DNA from: a virus
Taxonomy: Duplodnaviria; Caudoviricetes
IMG/VR virus record: IMGVR_UViG_3300008255_001780
Location: 1-58,198 of that record
DNA length: 58,198 bases
Strand: one strand, 5' to 3'
The position numbers were made by a program, and so were the translations under genes. The notes below the pieces were generated by a model that had not been told where the DNA came from, searched no databases, and saw only the letters and a list, made by a program, of their open reading frames with translations. Numbering within the stretch: the first letter of the stretch is position 1; every line of letters begins with the position of its first letter. Below, piece by piece: positions 18,330 through 27,742 of this stretch.

Positions 18330-18872
18330 TCAGTTCTTCGCCGCGTTTCGAAGTGCAGCAAAGTCGGCGGCACGCTCGGAGTCCGTCCGGGTGTCAGTCA
18401 TCTGCTCGAACGTCACTCCGCGCATCGAGCGATTCCAGATCGCCTCCGGGTTGATCGAGATCCCGCCGCGAGGCGTGAAGTCGCCGTAGACTTCGAGCCA
18501 CAGCGGGTTGAGCAGGTCCACGAGGTCGTCCTTGATGCGCTGGACGCAGGACTCGTGGAACTCGCCGTGCTGGCGGAAGGACTGCAGGTAGAGCTTCCAC
18601 GACTTCGACTCGACGCACCAGTCACCGGGCTGGTAGCGCACCACGATCCGCGCATGATCGGGCTGGCCCGTCTTCGGGCAGAGGGAGGTGAACTCCATCG
18701 GGTCGTCCTCACCGCCGAGCTGCACCGGGTTCGGGCCCGGGTGGCGGCTGAACTTCATGGGGTTCGGAAACCGCTCGAGGACCTCAGGAGTTGGAGGGTG
18801 CTGCTCCCAGGTGCGCGCGTTGGCGGAACCAGAGCCGAGCTTCTCGAGCTCTTCAGGACGTGAGTAGGCCAT
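18330..18872 (-). CDS. queF: NADPH-dependent preQ0 reductase (unimodular)
   Basis: EFTSLCPKTGQPD, QueF motif ESKSWKLY, FHE, RGGI. Confidence 0.92.
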   Translation of the reverse strand: MAYSRPEELEKLGSGSANARTWEQHPPTPEVLERFPNPMKFSRHPGPNPVQLGGEDDPMEFTSLCPKTGQPDHARIVVRYQPGDWCVESKSWKLYLQSFRQHGEFHESCVQRIKDDLVDLLNPLWLEVYGDFTPRGGISINPEAIWNRSMRGVTFEQMTDTRTDSERAADFAALRNAAKN

Positions 18873-18881
18873 GCCGTTCTC

Positions 18882-19544
18882 CTAGATGATCAGAGGGTCT
18901 TCACGTGGGCCCCATTGGGCCCACTCGACGATCGAGTCGACCTTGTGGTCGATCCCGAAATGCTCACACCACTGCTTCAGGCGGCGCAGCTTGCGCAGCA
19001 TGTCACGCGTCGTCTCCGCGTCAGCAGGGGTCATGGCGCATAGTGCCCCACGCTGCCCGTCGACTCGGCGCATCGCCCAGCCACGACCGAAGAGCTTCTG
19101 CGTGAGGTGGTTCGGCTTCTCGTCCGCTGCGAACTCGAGGAAGCGGATGAGCTCGAAGTCGCACGAGAAGGGCTGGTGCCCGTGAACGCCGCACCGACCA
19201 AACAGTTCGCCCTCGTCGCGGATGACGTTGCGGCAGTGGTAGTCGTCGTGGTCGCTCTGCATGTCGGAGTAGACCACCACCTTGCGGTCGTCGATCTCGA
19301 TCTCCCGCGCGACGAGGCGCGACCGGTCGTAGTTTGGCGGCGTCTCCTCGTCGGGCAGGTAGTCGAGCGAGAAGCGCGGGCAGCATCCCGCGCACCTCGG
19401 CGGGCAGGTGAACCCGCGGAAGATCATCGGCGAGACCCGCAGCTCCTTGGGCGTGTAAACGCGCCCCCTGTAAGTGAACGGCGTCGTCGTCACGCAGGCG
19501 AAGTAGGTCCCGATGACCTTGTCCAGGGAGTCACGCTGAGCCAT
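18882..19544 (-). CDS. YkgJ/FliB-type cysteine-cluster protein; candidate preQ1 methyltransferase (DpdM-like)
   Basis: FTCPPRCAGCC...HCRN...RCGVHGHQPFSC; lies between folE and queF, TGATG-coupled to folE. Confidence 0.6.
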   Translation of the reverse strand: MAQRDSLDKVIGTYFACVTTTPFTYRGRVYTPKELRVSPMIFRGFTCPPRCAGCCPRFSLDYLPDEETPPNYDRSRLVAREIEIDDRKVVVYSDMQSDHDDYHCRNVIRDEGELFGRCGVHGHQPFSCDFELIRFLEFAADEKPNHLTQKLFGRGWAMRRVDGQRGALCAMTPADAETTRDMLRKLRRLKQWCEHFGIDHKVDSIVEWAQWGPREDPLII

Positions 19545-20134
19545 CAGATCGGCGTCGTCGTCTTGGCGAGCATCAGGAACTCGTGCCGCGCATCATGCTC
19601 TTCCTTGATGCACCCACGCAGGGCGGAGGTCGTCGTCGAGCACCCGCGGTGCTGGATCCCACGCGACTCGACGCACATATGCCGCGCGCGCAGGAGGACG
19701 CCGACGCCTTTCGGTTCAAGGTGCTCCTCGAGGGCGTCCGCGATCTGGTTGGTGAGGCGCTCCTGCACCTGGAGCCGCCGCGCGAACAGATCGACGAGGC
19801 GGTTCATCTTGGACAGGCCAAGGACCTTCCCACTCGGGATGTAGGCGACGGACGCCAACCCGAAGAAGGGCGCTATATGGTGCTCGCAGTGCGAGTAGAA
19901 CGGAATGTCCACCTCGATGACCATCTCGTCTACACCCTCGGCACCGTCCTGGAAGACCTTGAGGACTTCGCGGGGGTCGCGACCGTAGCCGGAGAACCAG
20001 TGGTCGTGTGCTTTCCTGACTCGGGCAGGGGTTTCATGAAGACCTTCTCGGTTCGGATCGTCACCGATGGCCTCAAGGACGCGCGAGATCATCGCCTCGC
20101 GCTCCTCTTCGCTCCAGACACTCATGTCAGTCAA
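19544..20134 (-). CDS. folE: GTP cyclohydrolase I
   Basis: REGLHETPARV, SHCEHHIAPF, GLSKMNR, RLQVQERLT, HMCVESRG. Confidence 0.95.
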   Translation of the reverse strand: MTDMSVWSEEEREAMISRVLEAIGDDPNREGLHETPARVRKAHDHWFSGYGRDPREVLKVFQDGAEGVDEMVIEVDIPFYSHCEHHIAPFFGLASVAYIPSGKVLGLSKMNRLVDLFARRLQVQERLTNQIADALEEHLEPKGVGVLLRARHMCVESRGIQHRGCSTTTSALRGCIKEEHDARHEFLMLAKTTTPI

Positions 20135-20960
20135 GCTCCCTCAGGATGTCTTCGATCAGCGAAGCATAATCGCCGTACCATTCACCCGGCGGCGCATTGA
20201 CAGTCCTCAGGAACACATCGCGCGCAACGTCGTAGTTCTTGGACCAGGGAAGCGTCATGCTTCGCTCAGATGCTGCGCGGACAATGAGCGGGTCCGGGAC
20301 ACCAGCCGCCTCAAACCCCTGGGCGCGCAGGACGGTCGCGTGATCATGCCCGAGGGGCGGATACTGCCCGTCGTAGGCGGTGTGGGAGTAGCCGAGGGCG
20401 TGGTAGCACCCAGGCAAGCGCCGCGCCATGTCGACCGACTGCGCTTTGGTGAGGTTCATGAGCGGGGTGTGGATGTTGCACGCGCCGAGCGTACCGTCCT
20501 GACCCGTGAATGTCCCGAGGTTGACCGTCTCCTCAAGGGAGTCGATGAACGTCTGGCGGCAGTCGGGGTACCCGCCAAAGTCCTCCTGGCAGACACCCGT
20601 CACGAGGTTCTGGCAGCGATTGACGTAGGCGCGGTTGGCCGCGATGGTCAGAAACAGCTGGTTCCGCATCGGCACGAAGGTCTTCTCGAGACCGCCGGGC
20701 AGGTTGCCATCCTCGTACTGCTCGAGGTGCGCGTCCGACACGAGGGGCGAGGTGCCCTTCAGGATCGGGCCGAGTTCGACCACCTCATGGGAGTTGACGC
20801 CCGCCAGCTCCGCGATCTTCACCGCGGCGTCGATCTCGCGACGATGGCGCTGGTTGTAGTCGAAGGTGACGGCGTGGACCTCGATGAAGGTCTGCTTCGC
20901 CCAGAACAGGCAGGTGGTAGAATCCTGCCCACCGGACAGGACGACAAGGGCCTTGGACAT
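20127..20960 (-). CDS. queC: 7-cyano-7-deazaguanine synthase
   Basis: LSGGQDSTT, YNQRH, TFVPMRN, YPDCR, TPLMNLTK; start MSKAL after AGGAGG. Confidence 0.95.
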   Translation of the reverse strand: MSKALVVLSGGQDSTTCLFWAKQTFIEVHAVTFDYNQRHRREIDAAVKIAELAGVNSHEVVELGPILKGTSPLVSDAHLEQYEDGNLPGGLEKTFVPMRNQLFLTIAANRAYVNRCQNLVTGVCQEDFGGYPDCRQTFIDSLEETVNLGTFTGQDGTLGACNIHTPLMNLTKAQSVDMARRLPGCYHALGYSHTAYDGQYPPLGHDHATVLRAQGFEAAGVPDPLIVRAASERSMTLPWSKNYDVARDVFLRTVNAPPGEWYGDYASLIEDILRELD

Positions 20961-20994
20961 GAGTGGTTTTCCTCCTGGTTGCCACCACAGGTTC

Positions 20995-21022
20995 AAAAAG
21001 AGCCCGGCTGGTGAGGCCGGGC
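20995..21022 (-). terminator. intrinsic terminator
   Basis: GCCCGGC-CTCACCA-GCCGGGC followed by TCTTTTT. Confidence 0.7.
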
Positions 21023-21068
21023 AAGACAGACATACTAGGGTGCAAGTGCATGGAGCACAAGCGCAGTT

Positions 21069-21701
21069 TCAGGACTTCGGCTTGCGAGGGGCCACGGGCA
21101 CCTCATATCCTTCGGGGAGGACGATGCGGTACATGGGGAACTCGCCGATCCAAGTGGTGCGCACGCCGTAGCCCTTCTGCTTCATGTCGTAGTACAGGGC
21201 AGAGCGGATCGAGTCGTCGCTCCAGGGCTCGCCGTCGCGCTTCACGCAGACGCGCCGCAGGTCTGCCATTGTGGCGCCGCGCACCAAGAGATCGAGGATC
21301 TTCTGCTGCTTTGAGTCCTCGCGGCACGGATGCAGCGGCGCGGTCGGCGTGGTCGAGACCTCGCCGCGGTTGCGACGATGCCCAGTGGCACGCTTCGGCT
21401 TGCCCTCCTCGCCAGTGCGCTTCGAGGTGCCCGGCTTCTCGTCGTAGTCGGCCTGGATCACGAAGCCAGTCAGCTCAGGTCCGACCTTCGCTTTCGCCTC
21501 GGATGGGGTCAGGTCGCAGAAGATGACGACGCCGAAGCGCCCGTCAGGAGTTTTCGTGATCTGGGTCCCCGTCGAGAAGATGTCCGGGTTGTCAGCGTGG
21601 GCAGTGAACTTTGCCATGTCGCGCTCGAGGGCGCGCAGGGCACCTTTGCGGTCGGCAAAGGTGCGGGGCTTGTCGGCGTGGGCGATGAACTGGTGTGCCA
21701 T
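21069..21701 (-). CDS. hypothetical protein with C-terminal winged-HTH-like (DUF3489-like) domain
   Basis: REDSKQQKILDLLVRGATMADL..WSDDSIRSAL; CAACGGAGG RBS. Confidence 0.6.
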   Translation of the reverse strand: MAHQFIAHADKPRTFADRKGALRALERDMAKFTAHADNPDIFSTGTQITKTPDGRFGVVIFCDLTPSEAKAKVGPELTGFVIQADYDEKPGTSKRTGEEGKPKRATGHRRNRGEVSTTPTAPLHPCREDSKQQKILDLLVRGATMADLRRVCVKRDGEPWSDDSIRSALYYDMKQKGYGVRTTWIGEFPMYRIVLPEGYEVPVAPRKPKS

Positions 21702-21728
21702 GGTAGCCTCCGTTGGTTGTGTTGATGA

Positions 21729-21911
21729 TCAGGCGCGGGCCGCTTCGATGCGGTCGCGCTCGAGGAAGTAGTCGAGGACCTTTTGGACCCTCGACTTCAT
21801 CACGCGGGCACGACCGAAGTCGACCGATGAGGGGACGCGAACCAGGGTCGGTTTGCGGAACACGTCGCCGCTGGTGTTCTCGAGGATCAGTTCATAGGTG
21901 TAGGTGGTCAT
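21729..21911 (-). CDS. hypothetical protein
   Basis: 60 aa directly after consensus promoter. Confidence 0.65.
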   Translation of the reverse strand: MTTYTYELILENTSGDVFRKPTLVRVPSSVDFGRARVMKSRVQKVLDYFLERDRIEAARA

Positions 21912-21936
21912 CAGTTGTCTCCGTTGCTACCCGTGC

Positions 21937-21965
21937 ATCATAGCGGGAAAGCGGGGGCCTGTCAA
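21937..21965 (-). promoter_or_regulatory. sigma70-type promoter
   Basis: TTGACA-17 nt-TATGAT then TAGCAACGGAG. Confidence 0.88.
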
Positions 21966-21987
21966 CGCCCACTTTCCTGCGAGCACC

Positions 21988-22428
21988 TCACGCCGTGACG
22001 AGCGCCGAGTTCTTCGCGTGCTCCATCACCTCGACCTCGACGAGGCGGACGCGGTCGCCGTAGCCAGCATCCAGGAGCCACTGCTGCGTGACCTCGAACA
22101 CCATCTCGGCCACTGCTTCGCACCCGAGGCGCGGCATGACAACGATCTTGGCGATGCCCCGGCGCTGAGCCTCCTGGTACCAGTCGAGGTGTGGATCGTC
22201 CTCGGCGACGAGCAGGGTGTGGTCGAAGTTGTCCTCGAGGATCGTCTTCAGGGGCTTGAGGCCGCCGAAGTCGACCACCCAGTTGCGAACGTCGAGCGTG
22301 TCCGCCTCGAAAGTGAACTTGAAGGACAGGGCGTAGCCGTGGATCAGGTTGCAGTGCGATTCCGCGCGCCACTGCCGATAGGCGACGGGCCCGAGGTCGG
22401 GGTAGAACTTCGTGGAACGGTAGGTCAT
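21988..22428 (-). CDS. queD: 6-carboxytetrahydropterin synthase
   Basis: YRQWRAESHCNLIHGY, WVVDFGGLK, FDHT, EHAKNSA. Confidence 0.9.
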   Translation of the reverse strand: MTYRSTKFYPDLGPVAYRQWRAESHCNLIHGYALSFKFTFEADTLDVRNWVVDFGGLKPLKTILEDNFDHTLLVAEDDPHLDWYQEAQRRGIAKIVVMPRLGCEAVAEMVFEVTQQWLLDAGYGDRVRLVEVEVMEHAKNSALVTA

Positions 22429-22973
22429 GATACAGCTCCGAGGCGGTGGAAGGTTTCCAGGAAGGCGTCGCGCGCCTCAAGGGGATTGAACAGCACGAGG
22501 TTGCAGTCGTCAAGGGGCTCGACGCCTTCGAAGGCGTCCCAGTCGCGCGGGCCGTGGGTCGGCTCGAAGAGCTCCTTGTACTCGTTGACGATGATCCGCT
22601 TGTCCGCTTCCTTCGCCAACTCGTGCCAGGGGTAGGCCAGGTTAAACCGCCGCGCGACGAGGCGCTCCACCTGGATCTCGATCTCGCGGTAGTTGGCGAG
22701 GAGCGGCTTGAGCGGTGCGGGCACGTCGCACAGGTAGGCCTCGGAGGCGTCGTGCATGAGCGCCTCCAGCGCAAGGCGGCGGTTGCTCGTGCGGCGCTCG
22801 ACCCACTCGGCAACGAGGACTGAGTGCTCAGCGACCGAGTAGAAGCGCGGGCAGTGTCCGTTATAGCGGCACTGCATGGACAGCGAGTGCGCAATGTCCT
22901 CAAGGACGACATGCTCCAAGCGTGCCTCGAGGAGCGGGAAGCGTATTCCCGAGTAGGTGGTGATCCAAGTCAT
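22425..22973 (-). CDS. HD-domain deoxynucleotide phosphohydrolase (YfbR/YfdR-like)
   Basis: DIAHSLS..CRYNGH..YSVAEHS, LMHDASEAYLCD, KEAD. Confidence 0.85.
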   Translation of the reverse strand: MTWITTYSGIRFPLLEARLEHVVLEDIAHSLSMQCRYNGHCPRFYSVAEHSVLVAEWVERRTSNRRLALEALMHDASEAYLCDVPAPLKPLLANYREIEIQVERLVARRFNLAYPWHELAKEADKRIIVNEYKELFEPTHGPRDWDAFEGVEPLDDCNLVLFNPLEARDAFLETFHRLGAVS

Positions 22974-24487
22974 CTGATCAGTCCTTCCAGCTGGTAGTTC
23001 ATCGGTGAGTTGCAGTTGAGGAAGATGAGGCGGTTCTTCGCGCGAGACATGGCGGTGAACAGGACCCGCGTCTCGTTGTCGGCCTGGCCGTCCATCCATG
23101 CGTGCCAGGTGTTGGGTGTCAGCTTGGTGTCGACCACCACATTGTCGGCTTCACCGCCCTTCACCGCGTGAATGGTGCTCGCCGTGATGCGCGGCGTCTT
23201 GGTGAGGCTCTCGCCTCGTCCTCGAACGGCCCGGATATAGTCGCGCAAGGCACCCGTGACGTGGAGAGCATCGAGCCACGACGGGGTGGCGTCGAATCCG
23301 GTGGAGCATAGGGCGTCAATCCCATACTCGGTAGAGTCGTCGAAGACAGGCGCAGCGACGGGACGCAGCTTCGGGCGGATGTAGCTCCACACCAGCGACA
23401 GGTCCTTCCCGCTGAACTGCCGCCCCAGCTTGAGGTTCTCGTAGACGAGCACCGCACGGGCCGGATCAACGGCGACCGACGACTTCATGCCATCGGCGGT
23501 GGGCGTGAGGTAGGGCAGGCCCACGCGCCGCAACCAGGTCAGGTTGCGCTGCACGAGCGAGTTGGTGCGGGACAGGATGTACCAGGTCCCCTTCGACATG
23601 TCGAGCGCGTCGAGGTTCGAGACGAACTCGATCTCGCCGCCCGTCGCGTGAGGCAGCCAGTCCTTCTCATACCGGTGGCGGCAGCGAGCGATCACGCGCT
23701 GACAGGCATAGAAGACTTCCTGCTTGAGCCGGTAGGACGTGGGCAGGATCACGCGGTCAGCATCGAGGGACAGAAACCGCTCGACGTCCGCACCGGCCCA
23801 CTCGTAGATCGCCTGGTCGTCGTCACCCGCGAAGTAGACGTCCTTCGAGTTCTCGACCAGCTTGTCTACCATGGACCACTGCAGGCGAGAAAGGTCCTGC
23901 GCCTCGTCCACAATGAGGAGCTCGAACGGCGGGACAATCGCCTCGGCGCAGAACTTCTCGATCATGTCGGTGAAGTCGACGAGCATGGCCTCGTCCTTCC
24001 ACTCGTCGTAGTCGGCGGCGATCTTCGCCGCATAGGAGTACCCGATGTCCGCGGGAAGCGTCTCCGCGAGGTCTACCTCCATCACGCGGGCAAGCGAGTA
24101 AGCGGACAGGATCTGGTCATCGACCGTCGAGGGCGCGGGATGCGACTGACCGAACTCGTCCACAAAGGCAGAGGACAGGTTGAGGCCTCCCGCCTTCGCG
24201 TAGGCGCGCAGCTTGACCGAGTCGACGATCTGCGACCGCTCGACGTCCAGGAATGAGAAGGCGAACGAGTGCAGGGTGCGGAAGTAGGGAATTGCCTCCT
24301 CCTCGACCTCAAACTTCTCCATCATGCGCGACCGTGCCTCTTGGGCCGCTTTGCGTGTAAACGCGACGAAGGCGATCCGATCAGGGGAGACGCCCTTGTC
24401 GAGTGCCTCCTCCACGATCTCGAGGAGCCGGGTTGTCTTGCCGCACCCAGGCCCGCCGAGGATCAGGGTGGGCCTGAGCCTACCCAT
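22970..24487 (-). CDS. UvrD/Rep-like SF1 helicase (second copy)
   Basis: GGPGCGKTT, FRTLHS, VDEAQD, GDDDQAIY, SYRL, TIHAVKGGEAD, MSRAK. Confidence 0.92.
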   Translation of the reverse strand: MGRLRPTLILGGPGCGKTTRLLEIVEEALDKGVSPDRIAFVAFTRKAAQEARSRMMEKFEVEEEAIPYFRTLHSFAFSFLDVERSQIVDSVKLRAYAKAGGLNLSSAFVDEFGQSHPAPSTVDDQILSAYSLARVMEVDLAETLPADIGYSYAAKIAADYDEWKDEAMLVDFTDMIEKFCAEAIVPPFELLIVDEAQDLSRLQWSMVDKLVENSKDVYFAGDDDQAIYEWAGADVERFLSLDADRVILPTSYRLKQEVFYACQRVIARCRHRYEKDWLPHATGGEIEFVSNLDALDMSKGTWYILSRTNSLVQRNLTWLRRVGLPYLTPTADGMKSSVAVDPARAVLVYENLKLGRQFSGKDLSLVWSYIRPKLRPVAAPVFDDSTEYGIDALCSTGFDATPSWLDALHVTGALRDYIRAVRGRGESLTKTPRITASTIHAVKGGEADNVVVDTKLTPNTWHAWMDGQADNETRVLFTAMSRAKNRLIFLNCNSPMNYQLEGLIR

Positions 24488-26225
24488 CGTCGGAACTCTT
24501 GCCCGAGTTGGCGACCATGTCCTCAAGGTGCTTGAGGTTGACGATGTAAGGGGCCACCGACTTGTTGGCGATGGTGGTGTTCTTGCCCACCATCACGCCA
24601 AGGTGCTCGCGGCAAACCCGAGACACCTCCGACCGCTCGGCCGTCACGCCGCGACGACGCAGAAATGAGTGGAACTCCTTCAGCTGGAACCACCCCCCGG
24701 TTTCGTCCTCGGTTATCAAGACCCTGCCGTTGAAGATGCCCCCGTCGTTCTTGCCCTTTGGCTGGCTCGAGTCCTTCACGAAGTCGCGTAGGCCGATCAT
24801 GATGGCGCTCAGCGTGTCCGACTCAGGCGGCGCCGCGATCCGATCCGCGTTCTGCAGGAGCCCGTCCAGCATCTCGCCGAACTTCTTGGGCTGCATCGTG
24901 GGCCAGATGCAGTGCGCTTGAGCGGTGACCGCCGTCGCGAACTGATCCTGGCGGAGCAGCTCCGAGGTCGAGGAGATGTGGATGCGGTGATCCCGGTAGT
25001 TGAAGAAGTACTGAGGCTCCAGAGACTCCACGATAGTGAACCCAGTGATCTCGGGCGAGTCGCTCGCGGACAGGCCGACACCAAACTTGCGCTTGAGGCA
25101 GAGCCGCCTGTTGCAGAACCCCTTGAGCGGCTCCTTGGTGCACGAGTAGCCCCACCTCCCCTTCGCCACCTGGTTGGCGATAAGGTCCAATTCCCGAAAG
25201 GGAAGGCCATGCCGACCAGTCTTCCGGATCCACTCGTTCTGGATGTCGATCAGACCTTCCTTGAGCGAGTCGAAGCTCTTGCTCCCCTTCTCAAAGCTCG
25301 CGTCCGGATCATCGTGGTTGGCGTTGATGCGCCGGCGGAGGTAGATGCCTACCTGGAAAAAGGTGTCGTTCCTCGACCCCTCAGCCAACTGAGGCTCCGT
25401 GAACGCCATCTGCTTCTCATACTGGTCCTGGGTGATCTCGCCGCGGTCGAACTTCTTCTGGATCAGGTCGCGACGTGAGGGCCAGCCATGCAGGAGCGTC
25501 TGCAGGCACGGAGGACCATCCTCGAGGAGGGGACCCAGTTCCCCGGACTTGTCACGCTGATCTCGCTCGTCGAGGGCAGAGGTGTTCTCGGCAAGGTAGC
25601 CCTCGGTGACCTCCTCAGCAGCGAGCTCTGCGACCTCGAGGAACTGGTCGAGGTCGAGCTCCTGCATCTCGATGACCGTCCCTACCTGGTTCGGAACCAC
25701 CGCCTTGCGCGAGTCGCCGAAGTAGGGGAGGTTGATCCAGTTACCGACGTCCACCGACGACGACCGCTCCGTCTGCTTCGGGAACACCTCAGAGCCACCT
25801 GCGCCAATGAGCGAGGCCTGAACCTTCAGGTAGTCGGTCGCCGACTTCGCGGACACGCCCTCCTTCGAGAAGAGCCAGATGTGGATGCCACCCGACTTCG
25901 AGCGCGTGACGATCAGCGGCGTCCTGGCGAGGGCACGCGCCACTTCCCCGTGGGTGAGCTTTGCTTTTTCCTGCGCGTCCTTGTCATAGACGTCCACGTC
26001 AATGGCGGCGAAGTAGACAGTGTTGTCCTCGAGCAGCGGGATCACGCCGATCCCCACCCCTCCCTCAATGTGGCTGGCATAGTCCTTCAGGGAAATGACC
26101 GAGTCCACGGTCCTCGCGCGACCTTCCTCCTTGCCCTTTTCCGACTTCCTGCCCGCGAGGTCATAGCGGCCATAGCGCTCCTCGAATCCTCGAAACAGCA
26201 CGGCGAACCGCTTTGCGTTACTCAT
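24480..26225 (-). CDS. archaeo-eukaryotic-type primase (AEP) with C-terminal extension
   Basis: GIGVIPL, AIDVD, RSKSGGIH, EVFPKQ, GNWINLPY, GPPCL, EGSRN. Confidence 0.8.
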   Translation of the reverse strand: MSNAKRFAVLFRGFEERYGRYDLAGRKSEKGKEEGRARTVDSVISLKDYASHIEGGVGIGVIPLLEDNTVYFAAIDVDVYDKDAQEKAKLTHGEVARALARTPLIVTRSKSGGIHIWLFSKEGVSAKSATDYLKVQASLIGAGGSEVFPKQTERSSSVDVGNWINLPYFGDSRKAVVPNQVGTVIEMQELDLDQFLEVAELAAEEVTEGYLAENTSALDERDQRDKSGELGPLLEDGPPCLQTLLHGWPSRRDLIQKKFDRGEITQDQYEKQMAFTEPQLAEGSRNDTFFQVGIYLRRRINANHDDPDASFEKGSKSFDSLKEGLIDIQNEWIRKTGRHGLPFRELDLIANQVAKGRWGYSCTKEPLKGFCNRRLCLKRKFGVGLSASDSPEITGFTIVESLEPQYFFNYRDHRIHISSTSELLRQDQFATAVTAQAHCIWPTMQPKKFGEMLDGLLQNADRIAAPPESDTLSAIMIGLRDFVKDSSQPKGKNDGGIFNGRVLITEDETGGWFQLKEFHSFLRRRGVTAERSEVSRVCREHLGVMVGKNTTIANKSVAPYIVNLKHLEDMVANSGKSSDDG

Positions 26226-26301
26226 CTCGTTTTCCGGTCAACTGTTGCATGTGGCAGGGCGACGTTACCGCCGCCCTGCTGCCCGTGTAAACGGGCAGGG
26301 A

Positions 26302-27186
26302 TCAGAACGGCGGATCGCCGTCGTCCGACCCACCATCCACCGAGGGGTTCGCGTCGCCCGACTCCGCCATCTTCGCGTGGTCGGCCTTGTGCTCACCCGC
26401 CTGCACGCCATCGGCGAACTGCTTCGCCTCGCGGAACATGTCCATCCGGCCGGCGTTCAGCACGTCGTCCACCTTCTCGAACTTCCAGATGTACCAGGAC
26501 CCCTGGTCGTTCTGGCGGAGCTGCGTCGTCACCGAGAAGATGCCAAAGAAGCGCGGAGCGGCGCGGCCGTCCGGGAGCTTCATCTTGGACACCAGGTTGT
26601 TGAGGTCCTTCGACGGCTTGATCTGGGTAGAGGCCATCGTGAGGATCACCGGCTCCCACGTCCCGTCCTCGTGAACCTGGAAGCAGAAGTGGGTGTGGGT
26701 GTCGGACAGCTGGTTGCCCGGCGTGCCGAACGGCGACCCCTCCTGGATGATGTCCACGTTCTGGTCGTTGCGCTTCGTCGGGATGGACAGGCCCTCCTTG
26801 ACGGTGTACTCGGCGACCAGGCCGCCGCCCTTCGAGCGGGGGATCCACTCGATGAAGGAGCGCTTGTAGGCGATGGGCAGGACCTTCATGCCGACCAGCG
26901 AGTTGTCGTCGTCGTCCCGGGTCTTGAAGATCTGCTGCGTCACCGTGTTGAACAGGTCCGAGGGCTCCGCGCCCTTGATGAACTCCGCCTTCCCCTTCGT
27001 GCACTGCGGCGACAGAGACTGCAGGATCTGGATGAACGGAATGGACATGTCGTCCTTGGTCATCGTCTCCTTGTGCTGCTCACCGGCGAGCGCGAGTTCG
27101 TCCATGAACTCGGCAGGAAGCTGTGCCTCCTCCTTCTTGGCGACGGCGCCCTTGTTCGCGGCGCTACGAGTGTTCCTTGCGGCCAT
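26302..27186 (-). CDS. putative single-stranded DNA-binding protein
   Basis: IPFIQILQSLSPQ, acidic tail DDGDPPF, position next to primase. Confidence 0.6.
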   Translation of the reverse strand: MAARNTRSAANKGAVAKKEEAQLPAEFMDELALAGEQHKETMTKDDMSIPFIQILQSLSPQCTKGKAEFIKGAEPSDLFNTVTQQIFKTRDDDDNSLVGMKVLPIAYKRSFIEWIPRSKGGGLVAEYTVKEGLSIPTKRNDQNVDIIQEGSPFGTPGNQLSDTHTHFCFQVHEDGTWEPVILTMASTQIKPSKDLNNLVSKMKLPDGRAAPRFFGIFSVTTQLRQNDQGSWYIWKFEKVDDVLNAGRMDMFREAKQFADGVQAGEHKADHAKMAESGDANPSVDGGSDDGDPPF

Positions 27187-27199
27187 GTCAGTTTTCTCC

Positions 27200-27742
27200 T
27201 TACTTGACAGTTGCCTTGGTGAGCGAGAACGCCCCGAAGAACGACAGGTCATCCGACTTGCCCTCCTCGATGCGCTTCTTGAGTGCCGACTTGACCGTGC
27301 CCGTCGCGATGTCTTCGGACACGGTCGCCTTGACGCCCATCTCTTCGGCAGTCGCCATGAGCGACTTCACCGCGTCGTCGTTGCCTTTGCCCAGGTCGAC
27401 CGTGAGGACGTTCGCCACGGAAGCGGCATAGCCCCACTCCCGCATCTTCTCGATGACCGCGGCCTTCCGCGCCTTCGGCACAGACACGGTGAGGTCCTCC
27501 TTGTAGGAGATGGTCATCCCGTTCTCGAGCTGAAACTCCTTCATGCGCGCGGCCTTCAGCGCCGCGGGCAGGTCGCCCATCTCGACCTTGCGGAGGGCTT
27601 CCTTCGCCTCCGCGAGCTCTGCCTCCTTCTTGGCGACCTGCGCCTGCAAGTCGAGCATCTTGTAGGCGAGGGCAGACACCTCCTCGAGGGAGGTCTCCGT
27701 CTTCTCGCCTTCGGCGGCCAGTTCGTCGAGGTCGTCAGTCAT
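27200..27742 (-). CDS. conserved phage replication-module coiled-coil protein
   Basis: N-terminal coiled coil, LPAAL..EFQLENG; upstream of SSB. Confidence 0.65.
   Translation of the reverse strand: MTDDLDELAAEGEKTETSLEEVSALAYKMLDLQAQVAKKEAELAEAKEALRKVEMGDLPAALKAARMKEFQLENGMTISYKEDLTVSVPKARKAAVIEKMREWGYAASVANVLTVDLGKGNDDAVKSLMATAEEMGVKATVSEDIATGTVKSALKKRIEEGKSDDLSFFGAFSLTKATVK

Noticed and set aside
20960-21068. preQ1 riboswitch in the queC leader
   Set aside because: A terminator hairpin is present, but there is no preQ1-I aptamer pattern (short stem plus A-rich tail). It is most simply the terminator of the upstream gene.
11862-22428. que genes as auxiliary tRNA-queuosine genes
   Set aside because: No queA/queG. 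The TGT-fold protein lacks the tRNA-TGT zinc-binding CxCxxC motif and resembles DpdA.
15061-22973. Z-genome (2-aminoadenine) system suggested by DUF550 plus HD hydrolase
   Set aside because: No PurZ/adenylosuccinate synthetase homologue in the window; the DUF550 gene is frameshifted; context is deazaguanine.
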